This document shows positions 16,840 through 26,416 of a stretch of 45,075 nucleotides of DNA, piece by piece. A model generated the notes under the pieces. It saw nothing but the letters and a program-made list of their open reading frames with translations. It was not told the origin of the DNA and did no database searches. Position numbers and translations under genes: made by a program. The first letter of the stretch is position 1, and every line of letters starts with the position of its first letter. Source of the DNA: Minisyncoccota bacterium (lineage in GTDB: Bacteria > Patescibacteriota > Minisyncoccia > Phycocordibacterales > UBA12079); NCBI GenBank assembly GCA_023135835.1, contig JAGLSI010000002.1, positions 1 to 45,075 of the forward strand, in the 5' to 3' direction.

Positions 16840-17775
16840 ATGAAAAAACGAATTTCTAAAAAAATAAAATTAATTCCTTCTGATTTTGAAAAGATGTTTG
16901 GAGAAAAATTAAGTCCTTATGTTAAGAACAAAATAACAGATTATAATTTTAGTTATTATGACCTTTCCTCATCGGAAAGAGATGGTTGTTTGAAAATAAT
17001 CTTTCAGACTTTATTAAAAGATTTTATTGTTTATGCTGGGGAACATAGACAAAAACATTGGGAAAAAGGTTGGAATGAAAATTTTAAAAACCTCTCAAAA
17101 AATAACAAAATAGATGAAATTATTCCTAAATATTTTAAATATGATGTTTTAAGAATAAATCAAAAATTTATTAAAATTTCATCTAAAAGTTTTGAAAAGA
17201 ATTCTTTAGCTGTAATAATTAATTGGTTATCTGACAAATACATGAGAGGAGCTCACTCAATTTATGAATTTGGGTGTGGAACTGGACATCATTTATTAAA
17301 TATAAGAGAAATCAATCCCAAAGCAAATATTTGGGGCTTAGACTGGGCAAAATCTTCACAAAAAATAATAAAAAAAATAGCAGAACAATTGTCTGATTCA
17401 AAACTATTCGCCCAACAATTTGATTTTTTCCATCCCAACAAAAACCTTGTTCTTGATAAAGATTCTGTAATTTATACAGTTGCTGCCTTAGAACAAACGG
17501 GGAGTAATTTTAAACCTTTTATAAAATACATTTTAAAAAATAAACCTAAATTATGTATTCATATAGAACCAATTACAGAATTACTAGATGAAACAAATTT
17601 ATTAGATTATCTTTCAATTAAATATTTTGAAAAAAGAAATTATCTTTCTGGCTTTTTAGATTATCTAAAAGAATTAGAAAAGGGAAAGAAGATTAAAATA
17701 ATTAAAACTCAAAGAACATACATGGGTAGTTTATTTATTGATGGTTATTCCGTTATCATTTGGAAACCTTTATAA
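16840..17775 (+). CDS. Class I SAM-dependent methyltransferase
   Basis: Motif I is YEFGCGTGHH, followed by WGLDWA. Confidence 0.65.
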   Translation: MKKRISKKIKLIPSDFEKMFGEKLSPYVKNKITDYNFSYYDLSSSERDGCLKIIFQTLLKDFIVYAGEHRQKHWEKGWNENFKNLSKNNKIDEIIPKYFKYDVLRINQKFIKISSKSFEKNSLAVIINWLSDKYMRGAHSIYEFGCGTGHHLLNIREINPKANIWGLDWAKSSQKIIKKIAEQLSDSKLFAQQFDFFHPNKNLVLDKDSVIYTVAALEQTGSNFKPFIKYILKNKPKLCIHIEPITELLDETNLLDYLSIKYFEKRNYLSGFLDYLKELEKGKKIKIIKTQRTYMGSLFIDGYSVIIWKPL

Positions 17776-17781
17776 AAAGTT

Positions 17782-18792
17782 ATGCAGAATATTTTACTAA
17801 ATTTTCCTGGTTTTGAAAATAATGTTGTCTTTAATACTAAAGATTTCAACGGATTTAATAAACCTTGGAAATTACTAAAAAAAGAATTGTTGAAAATTGG
17901 TTTTGAGTTTAAAAATGTTGATCAAAATTCATTATCTAATACAGCTTGGGTTTTCTTTATGGACGAAAATAGTTTAAAAGAAGATATAAAAAGGAAACAC
18001 AAAAGAAATATCTACAATGAATGTATTAATTCTGGTTTAAAAAATAAAATGATTTTATTTTTATGGGAAGGTCCTTCTATTTGTCCTAATAACTACAAAA
18101 AAAATATCTATAATAAATTCCCTATTATCTTTACATGGAAAGATGATCTCGTTGATAATAAAAAGTTTTTTAAATTTCATCTTCCCTACCCCCAAAAAGA
18201 AAAGTTTCTGGATACAGTTAATTTCACTCAAAAAAAACTTCTTGTAAATATTTCTATAAATAAATTTTCTAATTTTCCAAATGAATTATATGGAGAAAGA
18301 AGAAAATCAATAAAATTTTTTGAAAAAGAGCTAAATAACCAATTTGATCTATTTGGATATAGATGGAATGAGCCACAAACAAGAAAAGAAAAATTATTCC
18401 CATTTTTAACGAAAAAATATAAAAGCTACAGAGGCACAATAAATCAAGACAAATTAAAAACTTTATCCAAATATAAATTTGTAATTTGTTATGAAAATGT
18501 TCAAAAACTAAATGGTTATATTACAGAAAAAATATTTGATTGTTTTAATGCAAAAACGATACCTATTTATTGGGGAGCTGAAAACATAAGTGATTATGTA
18601 GATAAAAAAACTTTTATAGATAGGCGTTTATTTAAAACAAACCGAGAACTTTTAGATTTCTTAATGAAAATAGATGAAAAAAAATATAACGAATATTTAC
18701 TAGCAATAGAAAAGTTTTTAAATAGTGAAAAATACAAACTCTTTCTCCCCCAAAGTTTTACCGATACAATAATTAAACAAATTAAAAAATAA
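17782..18792 (+). CDS. GT10-like alpha-1,3/4-fucosyltransferase
   Basis: KYKFVICYENVQKLNGYITEKIFDCFNAKTIPIYWG closely matches the GT10 signature (F..FENS...YVTEK....IPIYWG) known from Helicobacter FutA/B. Confidence 0.75.
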   Translation: MQNILLNFPGFENNVVFNTKDFNGFNKPWKLLKKELLKIGFEFKNVDQNSLSNTAWVFFMDENSLKEDIKRKHKRNIYNECINSGLKNKMILFLWEGPSICPNNYKKNIYNKFPIIFTWKDDLVDNKKFFKFHLPYPQKEKFLDTVNFTQKKLLVNISINKFSNFPNELYGERRKSIKFFEKELNNQFDLFGYRWNEPQTRKEKLFPFLTKKYKSYRGTINQDKLKTLSKYKFVICYENVQKLNGYITEKIFDCFNAKTIPIYWGAENISDYVDKKTFIDRRLFKTNRELLDFLMKIDEKKYNEYLLAIEKFLNSEKYKLFLPQSFTDTIIKQIKK

Positions 18793-18796
18793 ATCT

Positions 18797-19423
18797 ATGT
18801 CTATATTTAAAAAAACAATAAAATTTATATTCCCTAGTAAATTACTTATTCTTATTAAGAATAATTTATCTTTTTTAGAATGGCTTATAAAAAACAAACC
18901 AACCCCACCCCCTCATATAATTAAACAAAAAGCTATTAAAAAATATGCAGAAAAATATAATATCAAAACCCTAATAGAAACTGGTACATACAGAGGGAAA
19001 ATGGTAAATGCAATGAGAAATGTTTTTGATAAAATATATTCTATTGAACTTGACACAATTCTATATGAAAAAGCTGTAAATAAATTTGAAGGATATGAGT
19101 CTATTAAAATCATAAACGGGGATAGTGGGGAAAAACTATCTGAAATATTAGAAACAGTAAATGAGCCCTGTATTTTTTGGTTAGATGGTCATTACTCTGG
19201 AGACATTACTGCCAAAGGTGATTTAAACACACCTATCTTCAAAGAATTAATCTCCATTTTTAATCACCCAACTAAAAATCATATAATTCTCATTGACGAC
19301 GCAAGATGTTTTGTTGGTAAGAATGATTACCCCACAATCGAAAAATTGCAATCTTTTATCAAAACCAAAAATGATAATTTAAAATTAACTACAAAAAATG
19401 ATATTATTAAAATATTATGTTAA
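18797..19423 (+). CDS. SAM-dependent methyltransferase-like protein
   Basis: LIETGTYRGKM...SIELD...ILIDDA resembles small O-methyltransferase folds. Confidence 0.5.
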   Translation: MSIFKKTIKFIFPSKLLILIKNNLSFLEWLIKNKPTPPPHIIKQKAIKKYAEKYNIKTLIETGTYRGKMVNAMRNVFDKIYSIELDTILYEKAVNKFEGYESIKIINGDSGEKLSEILETVNEPCIFWLDGHYSGDITAKGDLNTPIFKELISIFNHPTKNHIILIDDARCFVGKNDYPTIEKLQSFIKTKNDNLKLTTKNDIIKILC

Positions 19424-20151
19424 GAATACTCAAACAAAAAATACTGTCTTTTTTCAGGAAAATAAGATTATTTTTTATCTTTATAAATGAGTATTTTAAA
19501 TTTAAAAAGATGTCTCTAAAAGAAAAAAGGTTTCCCTTATTATGGAAAAACAAATATCCTTGTTTAGATGATAAAAGTTCTTCAACAAAATTTGATGCCC
19601 ATTATATTTACCACCCAGCTTGGGCAACAAGAATTTTAAAAAAGACAAATCCAAAAAAACATATTGATATTTCTTCTACTCTGCACTTTTGTTCAATTAT
19701 TTCTGCCTTTATTCCTGTAGAATTTTATGATTTTCGCCCGGCACAATTAAATTTAAGCAATTTAATTTCAAAAAAAGCTAACGCTACTTCCCTACCATTT
19801 CCAGACAATAGTATTGGTTCTCTGTCTTGCATGCACACTATTGAGCATATTGGGCTAGGAAGATATGGGGACGAACTTAATCCCAATGGAGACCTCGAAG
19901 CAATAAGTGAGCTAAAAAGAATTTTAGCTAAAGAAGGAAATTTATTATTTGTTACCCCAATCGGAAAACCAAAAATTATGTTTAATGCACACAGAATTTA
20001 TTCTTATAATCAAATAATAGAATATTTTAAAGATTTTAAATTAAAAGATTTTTCTTTAATAACAGATAACGGTGATTTTATTCAAAATTCAGATAAAAAG
20101 ACATCCAACGAACAAAAATACGGATGTGGCTGTTTTTGGTTTAAGAAATAA
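19417..20151 (+). CDS. DUF268-type SAM-dependent methyltransferase
   Basis: SLSCMHTIEHIGLGRYGDELNPNGDL matches the DUF268 hallmark (EH.GLGRYGD.L.P.GD). Confidence 0.65.
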   Translation: MLRILKQKILSFFRKIRLFFIFINEYFKFKKMSLKEKRFPLLWKNKYPCLDDKSSSTKFDAHYIYHPAWATRILKKTNPKKHIDISSTLHFCSIISAFIPVEFYDFRPAQLNLSNLISKKANATSLPFPDNSIGSLSCMHTIEHIGLGRYGDELNPNGDLEAISELKRILAKEGNLLFVTPIGKPKIMFNAHRIYSYNQIIEYFKDFKLKDFSLITDNGDFIQNSDKKTSNEQKYGCGCFWFKK

Positions 20152-20165
20152 ACAAATTATATATT

Positions 20166-20908
20166 ATGTTACAAAAAATAAAAAATAAAATAAATTCTAA
20201 TGTAGGAACAAAAAACCAAGAAACGAGGGAAATCTGGCTTGAAGAAACTTTACTAAAAATTCCTCAAGGAAATAGTATTTTAGATGCTGGAGCTGGAGAA
20301 TTACAATATAAGAAATTTTGTAGTCATCTTGATTATACTAGTCAAGATTTTGGAAAATATGATGGAAAAGGAAATAACGAAGGTTTGCAAACTGATTCTT
20401 TTGATAATTCAAAATTAAACATTATTTCAGATATAACAAAAATTCCAGCGAAAGATAACTCTTTTGATGCTTTAATGTGCACAGAAGTTTTAGAACACTT
20501 ACCCAAACCTATAAAGGCAATAAAAGAATTTTCAAGAATTATAAAATCAGGGGGAAAATTAATTATTACAGCTCCTTTTTGTTCTCTAACTCATTTTGCA
20601 CCTTATTATTTTTCTAATGGTTACAGTAAATATTGGTATGAAAAAATACTAAAAGAAAATGATTTTATAATTAGTGAAATTGATTATAACGGTAACTATT
20701 TTGAATATTTAGCACAAGAAATTAGGCAAATTCCAAAAATGGAAAACAATATACTAATCAAAAAGTATCTACTAATTTCATTAATAAAATTAGTACTAAA
20801 ATAATTTTACATTTACTAAATAGATTATCCAAAAATAATAAAAATTCAGAAGAAATATTGTGTTTCGGATTACATATCGTAGCAACTAAAAATAACAAGA
20901 ACTTATGA
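20166..20908 (+). pseudogene. Class I SAM methyltransferase with a frame break in an A5 tract
   Basis: The frame-0 ORF (ILDAGAGE, FDALMCTEVLEHL) stops at 20804. The family-typical C-terminus (...SEEILCFGLHIVATK) continues in the -1 frame from about 20738 to a TGA at 20906-20908, which overlaps the next ATG as ATGA. Confidence 0.6.
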
Positions 20909-21780
20909 TTATAACTAAACTACAAGGGGGTCTAGGAAATCAAATGTTCCAATATGCTATTGGGCGGGTTTTAGCTGAAAAAAATAAAGCTGAATTGAAG
21001 CTCGATACCTCTTGGTTTGATAATATCAAAGGGAACACTGCTCCTCGCAAATATGGACTTGGAATTTTTAATATTTTAGAAAATATTGCAACCAATAAGG
21101 AAATAGAAAATTTAAAAAAATACAAAAAGAAAAATAATTGGAAATACTTTTTTCATAATTTATTTTTTGCAAATAATTCAATTTATATTTCAGAAAAACC
21201 AAAATATTTTAATAAAAAAGCTCTGGAAAATAACAACAAGGATATTTATTTAGACGGATATTGGCAAAACGAGAAATATTTTAAAGACATGGAAAATATA
21301 ATTCTAAAAGAATTTAGAATTAGGGAAACATACCAAGTTGAAAATAAAACTTTATTAAATGATATAATAAATTCTAATTCAGTTTCTATTCATATTCGCA
21401 GAAATGATTATGTTCAAAACAAAAAAACAAATGAGGTCCACGGAGTTTGTACAATAGGTTATTATCAAAAAGCTATTCAAAAAATATCTAAAAATAATGA
21501 TGATATTCATATTTTTGTTTTCTCCGATGATATTTTGTGGACCCAAAATAATTTAAAATCTAATTTCCCGATAACTTTTGTTGATAAAAATAAAGATTAT
21601 GAGGATTTAATCTTAATGAGTATGTGTAAACATAATATCATTGCTAACAGCTCATTCAGTTGGTGGGGAGCTTGGCTAAACCAAAACCCAAATAAAATTG
21701 TAATTGCCCCTAAAAAATGGTTTAATAATTTAAAAAATAATAAACAAAATCCAATCCCGCAAACATGGATACAAATATAG
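20905..21780 (+). CDS. GT11 alpha-1,2-fucosyltransferase-like
   Basis: GGLGNQMFQYA, HIRRNDY, FVFSDD and NSSFSWWGAWL are the four GT11 motifs. Confidence 0.8.
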   Translation: MIITKLQGGLGNQMFQYAIGRVLAEKNKAELKLDTSWFDNIKGNTAPRKYGLGIFNILENIATNKEIENLKKYKKKNNWKYFFHNLFFANNSIYISEKPKYFNKKALENNNKDIYLDGYWQNEKYFKDMENIILKEFRIRETYQVENKTLLNDIINSNSVSIHIRRNDYVQNKKTNEVHGVCTIGYYQKAIQKISKNNDDIHIFVFSDDILWTQNNLKSNFPITFVDKNKDYEDLILMSMCKHNIIANSSFSWWGAWLNQNPNKIVIAPKKWFNNLKNNKQNPIPQTWIQI

Positions 21781-21840
21781 AGATAAACATACCAACCTGT
21801 CTGCAGGCAGGTATACGAATAATACAAATGCAACAAATAA
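21776..21840. repeat. Gene-junction repeat, filled-site copy carrying a 24-nt insertion
   Basis: The sequence matches 10059-10099 but is interrupted at 21793-21816 by caacctgtctgcaggcaggtatac. The tetranucleotide atac is present on both sides. Confidence 0.7.
21795..21812. repeat. GC-rich palindromic element, short form (acctgtctgcaggcaggt)
   Basis: This is a 9+9 palindrome with one mismatch. Its core CCTG(T/C)CTG-CAGGCAGG equals the 20-mer at 31874 without the central CCGG. It lies 16 nt upstream of the GT2 ATG. Confidence 0.8.
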
Positions 21841-22883
21841 CAACAAATAAAAAACCGGTTGTAACAGTCTTAATGCCTGTTTATAATGGCGAAAAATATT
21901 TAAAAGAAGCTATTAATAGTATTCTTAATCAAACCTTTAATGATTTTGAATTTTTGATAATTAATGATGGCTCTACTGATAAAAGCGAGGAAATAATTTG
22001 TTCATATAAAGACCTAAGAATTAAGTTAATAAATAATGAGGTTAATCTAGGGATTATTAAATCTTTAAATAAAGGTATTGATTTAGCGAAAGGAAAATAC
22101 ATTGCTAGAATGGACGCAGATGATATTAGTCTACCTAAAAGGCTAGAAATTCAAGTAAAATTTATGGACAAAAATCCACGAATTGGTATTGCTGGATCTT
22201 GGGCGAAAGTTCTAGAAAACGGAAAAACCCAAAAATATGCAAAAATAATCTCCGACCCAGAAAAAATAAAAATCACTCTGCTGTTTAGGTGTCTATTAAT
22301 TCATCCATCAATAATAATAAGAAAAAATCTTTTAGAAAAAAATAATTTAAGATATAATCTTAATCACGAACATGCAGAAGATTACGGTCTGTGGAACAAC
22401 GCTGTTAAATGTTTCCCAATAACAAACATTAAGAATGCTTTAATTCAATATAGAATTCATGACTCTAACACCAGCAAAATTCAATCTATTAAGCAAAAAA
22501 AGACAATTACTCAACTAAGAACTACTCTACTGAAAGACAATCTTAACATCACGCCAACAGAAGAAGATCTCTTAATTCATAGAGAGGTATACAAACCAGA
22601 AGATTATAAAACTAATGATTTTCTCAAAAAAGAAGAGCTTTGGCTGTCTAAGTTAATAGAACAAAACAAAATAACAAATTTTTACAAAGAACCTATATTT
22701 TCAGAAACGATTTCTCAAAGGTGGTTGCAAATATGCAGTGTAAACTCAAATCAAGATTGGGAAATTTGGAAAATACTTTGGAAATCTCCGCTACGAAGAA
22801 AATTAAATTTTAAAGACTGGAGAAATTGGGATACTTTAATTCGTTTTTTTCTTAAGTGTCTTATAAAAAAAATGCAAAAATAG
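21828..22883 (+). CDS. GT2 family glycosyltransferase
   Basis: VTVLMPVYNGEKYL...LIINDGSTD...ARMDADDIS. The start is taken at the ATG (MQQITTNKK), and the track ORF extends upstream through the palindrome. Confidence 0.8.
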   Translation: MQQITTNKKPVVTVLMPVYNGEKYLKEAINSILNQTFNDFEFLIINDGSTDKSEEIICSYKDLRIKLINNEVNLGIIKSLNKGIDLAKGKYIARMDADDISLPKRLEIQVKFMDKNPRIGIAGSWAKVLENGKTQKYAKIISDPEKIKITLLFRCLLIHPSIIIRKNLLEKNNLRYNLNHEHAEDYGLWNNAVKCFPITNIKNALIQYRIHDSNTSKIQSIKQKKTITQLRTTLLKDNLNITPTEEDLLIHREVYKPEDYKTNDFLKKEELWLSKLIEQNKITNFYKEPIFSETISQRWLQICSVNSNQDWEIWKILWKSPLRRKLNFKDWRNWDTLIRFFLKCLIKKMQK

Positions 22884-23756
22884 ATTTTTCAAAATTTGCT
22901 TTAGAAATCTAAAATCTCTTTTATTTAATTTCCACCCTCTAAAAAATAAATCATTAGCCTTTTTAAAATCATTATTTTTTTGGCAAAGAAAAGCTAACAA
23001 CAGAAGATGCTTTGCTAAAACCTTTGGTCTTTTAGTTAAATCATAATTGTATTTTTCTAATAATTTCTCTCGCCCCTTTATTCTAAACTCTAAGTTTCCA
23101 CTTAAACGGACTTTTTCACTATCAGAAAAATTAACTTTAACCAAAGATTGATTTAAGAAAAAGCCTTTACTATTTTTAGATAATCTTATAAAAAAGTCTC
23201 TATCCTCTGCATTAGGGAATGTAACATCAAAAACACCAATTTCTAAAGCTTTTTCTCTTTTACAAAAAATTGAAGGAGTGGCTACTGCCATATTCATAGA
23301 TAAAGCTTCTTCAAAAAAAGAACCCGTACCTTCTTCTAAATCATATTTTTGAGTGTAACTAAAATCTCCCGTCTGCTGAGAATAAATATCAGCTAAACAA
23401 AAAGTATAATCAATTTGTTTGCCAAACTTTTTCATTATTTCTAATTGTTTTTTTAACTTTTCTGGGTAAAACTCATCATCATCATCTAAAAAAGTAACAA
23501 ACTCCCCTCTTGCCTTTTCATTTCCAGTATTTCTTGCTGCAGAAGCCCCCCTATTTTCTTTATGTTGAATATAAACAACACGAAGGTCATCTATTTCTTT
23601 TATAATCTTATTAGCTCTTTCAACCAAACCATCGTCTACTACAATAATTTCAAAACGCTGAAATGTTTGATTTAAAACACTCTTAATTGCCCTCCTTAAT
23701 AATTCAGGGCGATTATACGTAGGGATTATAATACTAATTATTGGGTTTTGTCTCAT
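22836..23756 (-). CDS. GT2 family glycosyltransferase
   Basis: ISIIIPTYNRPELL...IIVVDDG...TFLDDDDEF. The ATG is at 23756 (the track start is TTG). Its 3' end overlaps the convergent GT2 gene by 48 nt. Confidence 0.8.
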   Translation of the reverse strand: MRQNPIISIIIPTYNRPELLRRAIKSVLNQTFQRFEIIVVDDGLVERANKIIKEIDDLRVVYIQHKENRGASAARNTGNEKARGEFVTFLDDDDEFYPEKLKKQLEIMKKFGKQIDYTFCLADIYSQQTGDFSYTQKYDLEEGTGSFFEEALSMNMAVATPSIFCKREKALEIGVFDVTFPNAEDRDFFIRLSKNSKGFFLNQSLVKVNFSDSEKVRLSGNLEFRIKGREKLLEKYNYDLTKRPKVLAKHLLLLAFLCQKNNDFKKANDLFFRGWKLNKRDFRFLKQILKNLFLHFFYKTLKKKTN

Positions 23757-23821
23757 ATTTAAACAAAGTATAAACAAAGATAAGCTTAAAAGAAAGAGCT
23801 CGTTTATGATATAATAGTTTT

Positions 23822-24718
23822 ATGAATTTTTCAGAAAAATTAAAAAAACGAGTTGATTTTATCATCAATAAAATTTGGAGGAAAACCCCTTTGGTTATAT
23901 TATATTCCCTCGCTCCTTCAACTTTTTTCCAAAAACAAAATGGGCGGTTATGGATAAATAACTATCTTGAAAAAAAAGGTTTTGTTAAAAACAACAACAA
24001 AAATAAAATTTTTGAATTAGACAATTTAAAGTTTTTTTACAGTGACCATATTCCCACAGGAGACATTGTATCTATTCTTCTATCCCGAAAACCTTTCATT
24101 AAAACAAATTTTTTAAATAACCCATTAACCGATTTTGAACAACCTTACGAATCTACTAATGTTTTTTTAGAAGAAAATGATATTGTTATTGACGCAGGAG
24201 CTAATATCGGAGTATTTTCCATTTTTGCATCAAAGCAAATAGGAAAGAATGGGCATGTTTTTGCTTTTGAACCAATAAAAAGAACAAATCAATTATTAAT
24301 TAAAAATATAGAAACAAACTTTATCAAAAACATTCAAGCAATTCCTTATGCTTTAGGAGATACCAATATAAATATCAGTTTTTTTGTAGATAAAGATAAA
24401 TTAGTTAGTAGTTCCAGTGAAATACAAAATGAAAATGCTGAAATTGAAAATGTTGAGCAAATAACTTTGGATTCTTTTCTTGAAAAAAATACAGACATAA
24501 ACAAAATAGATTTCATTAAAGTAGATATAGAAGGTGCCGAAAGAAAATTTTTAGAGGGAGCTAAACAAACAATCCAAAAATACAAACCTAAAATAGCAAT
24601 TTGCACCTATCACCTACCAGATGACCCTGAAGTAATTGAACAAAAAATAAGATCTTATGTCCCTAAATATAAAATACAAAATACAAAAACAAAGCTATTT
24701 GCTTGGATAGAAAAATAA
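23822..24718 (+). CDS. FkbM family methyltransferase
   Basis: VIDAGANIGVFS, FAFEP and IDFIKVDIEGAE. Confidence 0.75.
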   Translation: MNFSEKLKKRVDFIINKIWRKTPLVILYSLAPSTFFQKQNGRLWINNYLEKKGFVKNNNKNKIFELDNLKFFYSDHIPTGDIVSILLSRKPFIKTNFLNNPLTDFEQPYESTNVFLEENDIVIDAGANIGVFSIFASKQIGKNGHVFAFEPIKRTNQLLIKNIETNFIKNIQAIPYALGDTNINISFFVDKDKLVSSSSEIQNENAEIENVEQITLDSFLEKNTDINKIDFIKVDIEGAERKFLEGAKQTIQKYKPKIAICTYHLPDDPEVIEQKIRSYVPKYKIQNTKTKLFAWIEK

Positions 24719-24726
24719 TTAAATTT

Positions 24727-25593
24727 ATGAAAGAACAAAAAGAAAATAAACTTGAATCTTTAAAAGAAATATCTATGATTTGTGCCAATTATGGCAATCA
24801 TGAAAACTTAAAAGATGTTCTTTTAGATTGGTTTGAATTTTTAGGGGGAAAACCTGCCGAGGTAATTATTATGGATGCTGGAAGTGATAAAAATACCAAA
24901 AAAGCTTATCTTGAGTTATTAGAACAGGGATTAATAGATACTTTATCACTAAATAAAGAAAATCATCCAGAAAAAGGAAAAGAGTTTGCTCATATACGAG
25001 AGTATAATGTGGCTAATTTAGCCCGCAAAAAATATCTATTATTTTTTAAATTTGATACCTTACCTTATTGCCAAAAAAACGATAATTGGTTGGAAACAGC
25101 CATTTTCTATCTTGATAAGGAAGATATTTTTGCCTTTGGAGGATCTTCTAATTATAAAGCTAAACATCATGACGCTTGGAACAACTACTATTTTAGCGAC
25201 AGATTAAGTGAAAATTTTGCTCTTATAAAAAGAGACACTCACACAAAAGCGATGAGAGAATACGCTGGGGATTTTATTGATTCTGGTTTTAGAAAACATA
25301 ACCCCGACCCAAACCAAAGAAGAACTGTTGAAGTGGCTTGGGAAAAATATATTCAAAATCATCAAGTTTATACTTTAATGAAAGAAGAAGATGAAAATTG
25401 GACTGTATTTCACACAAATATAAACGGGGAAAGACTAAAACAACAAAGAAAAAGATATAAAGAAAGAATTGGAACTAAAAAATATCTAAATGCAGGATTA
25501 TACGCTGAAAGAGAAAATAAATGGTTTTATGGACAAAAAACTAATCTTAAAAAGAAGACAAAATCTATCCTAAAAAAAATATTTAAAAATTAG
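24727..25593 (+). CDS. Hypothetical protein, possibly a GT-A fold glycosyltransferase
   Basis: EVIIMDAGSDKNT and FFKFDTLPY loosely resemble GT2 nucleotide-binding and DxD regions. The C-terminus is lysine-rich. The ATG is at 24727 (the track start is TTG). Confidence 0.3.
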   Translation: MKEQKENKLESLKEISMICANYGNHENLKDVLLDWFEFLGGKPAEVIIMDAGSDKNTKKAYLELLEQGLIDTLSLNKENHPEKGKEFAHIREYNVANLARKKYLLFFKFDTLPYCQKNDNWLETAIFYLDKEDIFAFGGSSNYKAKHHDAWNNYYFSDRLSENFALIKRDTHTKAMREYAGDFIDSGFRKHNPDPNQRRTVEVAWEKYIQNHQVYTLMKEEDENWTVFHTNINGERLKQQRKRYKERIGTKKYLNAGLYAERENKWFYGQKTNLKKKTKSILKKIFKN

Positions 25594-26335
25594 AATTACT
25601 TCTAATTTTGTGTTTTCTATGTAAAAAATATTTATTTCTTCTTGAGTCTCCTTTCATATAAACAAAATTTAAATTATTTTTCCAAGCTACATAATTAAAA
25701 CTAAGTTGATCACGACGGCTATGATTTTTTATTTCACTCCACCAATCTTCCATTGTTTTGATAACATCTTTTTTGTTATGCCTTCTTAAAAGAATCATCC
25801 CAACAATCAAACCGTTATTTTCAGGATAATTCTCATTTCTATATTTTTCTATCTGACCTTTAATTAAATCAATATTATCTTTATATTTTCCATTTCTTTC
25901 AAATTCAATTAAGTTTTCAGCTTCATCATAAATACAATCACGGCAATCTTCTTTATTTTTTATCCAGAAAAGCTTTTTCCATCTTCTTTTATGTTGGTTA
26001 TGACTAAAAACAGCTAAATTAATCTTACTTGGAAACCCGGTTTCCAAGTATTTTTTAATCAATTTATTTACATCTCCCCTAACTAAAAGATTTCCATCAA
26101 CCCAAATACTAATTTCATATTCAGATAAAAACTTATGAGGAAGAACTTTATAAATCTTTGCGTTTCTTACAGGATCTTCAAATTCTGGCTCTACTTTTTT
26201 TATCTTCCAAACATCTGAAACAAAATTTTGATCAGTAAAACATACAAAATCACAACCTTCTGGAATAAATTCTGGTTCAATTAGATTATCTTTACCTCCA
26301 AATATAGAAGTATAAATTACAATTTTATTTTTCAT
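25583..26335 (-). CDS. DUF616-type putative glycosyltransferase
   Basis: IVIYTSIFGGKDNLIEP...AKIYKVLPHKF...RRDQLSFNYV matches my recollection of DUF616 signature blocks. Confidence 0.55.
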   Translation of the reverse strand: MKNKIVIYTSIFGGKDNLIEPEFIPEGCDFVCFTDQNFVSDVWKIKKVEPEFEDPVRNAKIYKVLPHKFLSEYEISIWVDGNLLVRGDVNKLIKKYLETGFPSKINLAVFSHNQHKRRWKKLFWIKNKEDCRDCIYDEAENLIEFERNGKYKDNIDLIKGQIEKYRNENYPENNGLIVGMILLRRHNKKDVIKTMEDWWSEIKNHSRRDQLSFNYVAWKNNLNFVYMKGDSRRNKYFLHRKHKIRSNSNF

Positions 26336-26416
26336 CCCGTTAGAAATAATTTATTAAAAACAAATTATCTTTTTATTAAATTTATTAAATGATAATACTT
26401 TATCCCCGCAAAATCT

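Noticed and set aside
21765-21827. The track ORF start at 21765 for the GT2 gene would translate the palindromic element as PTCLQAG.
   Set aside because: This extension overlaps the GT11 3' end and begins at a non-conserved ATG within it. The ATG at 21828 (MQQITTNKKPVVTVLMPVYNG) gives a canonical GT2 N-terminus, so the palindrome is treated as 5'-UTR there.
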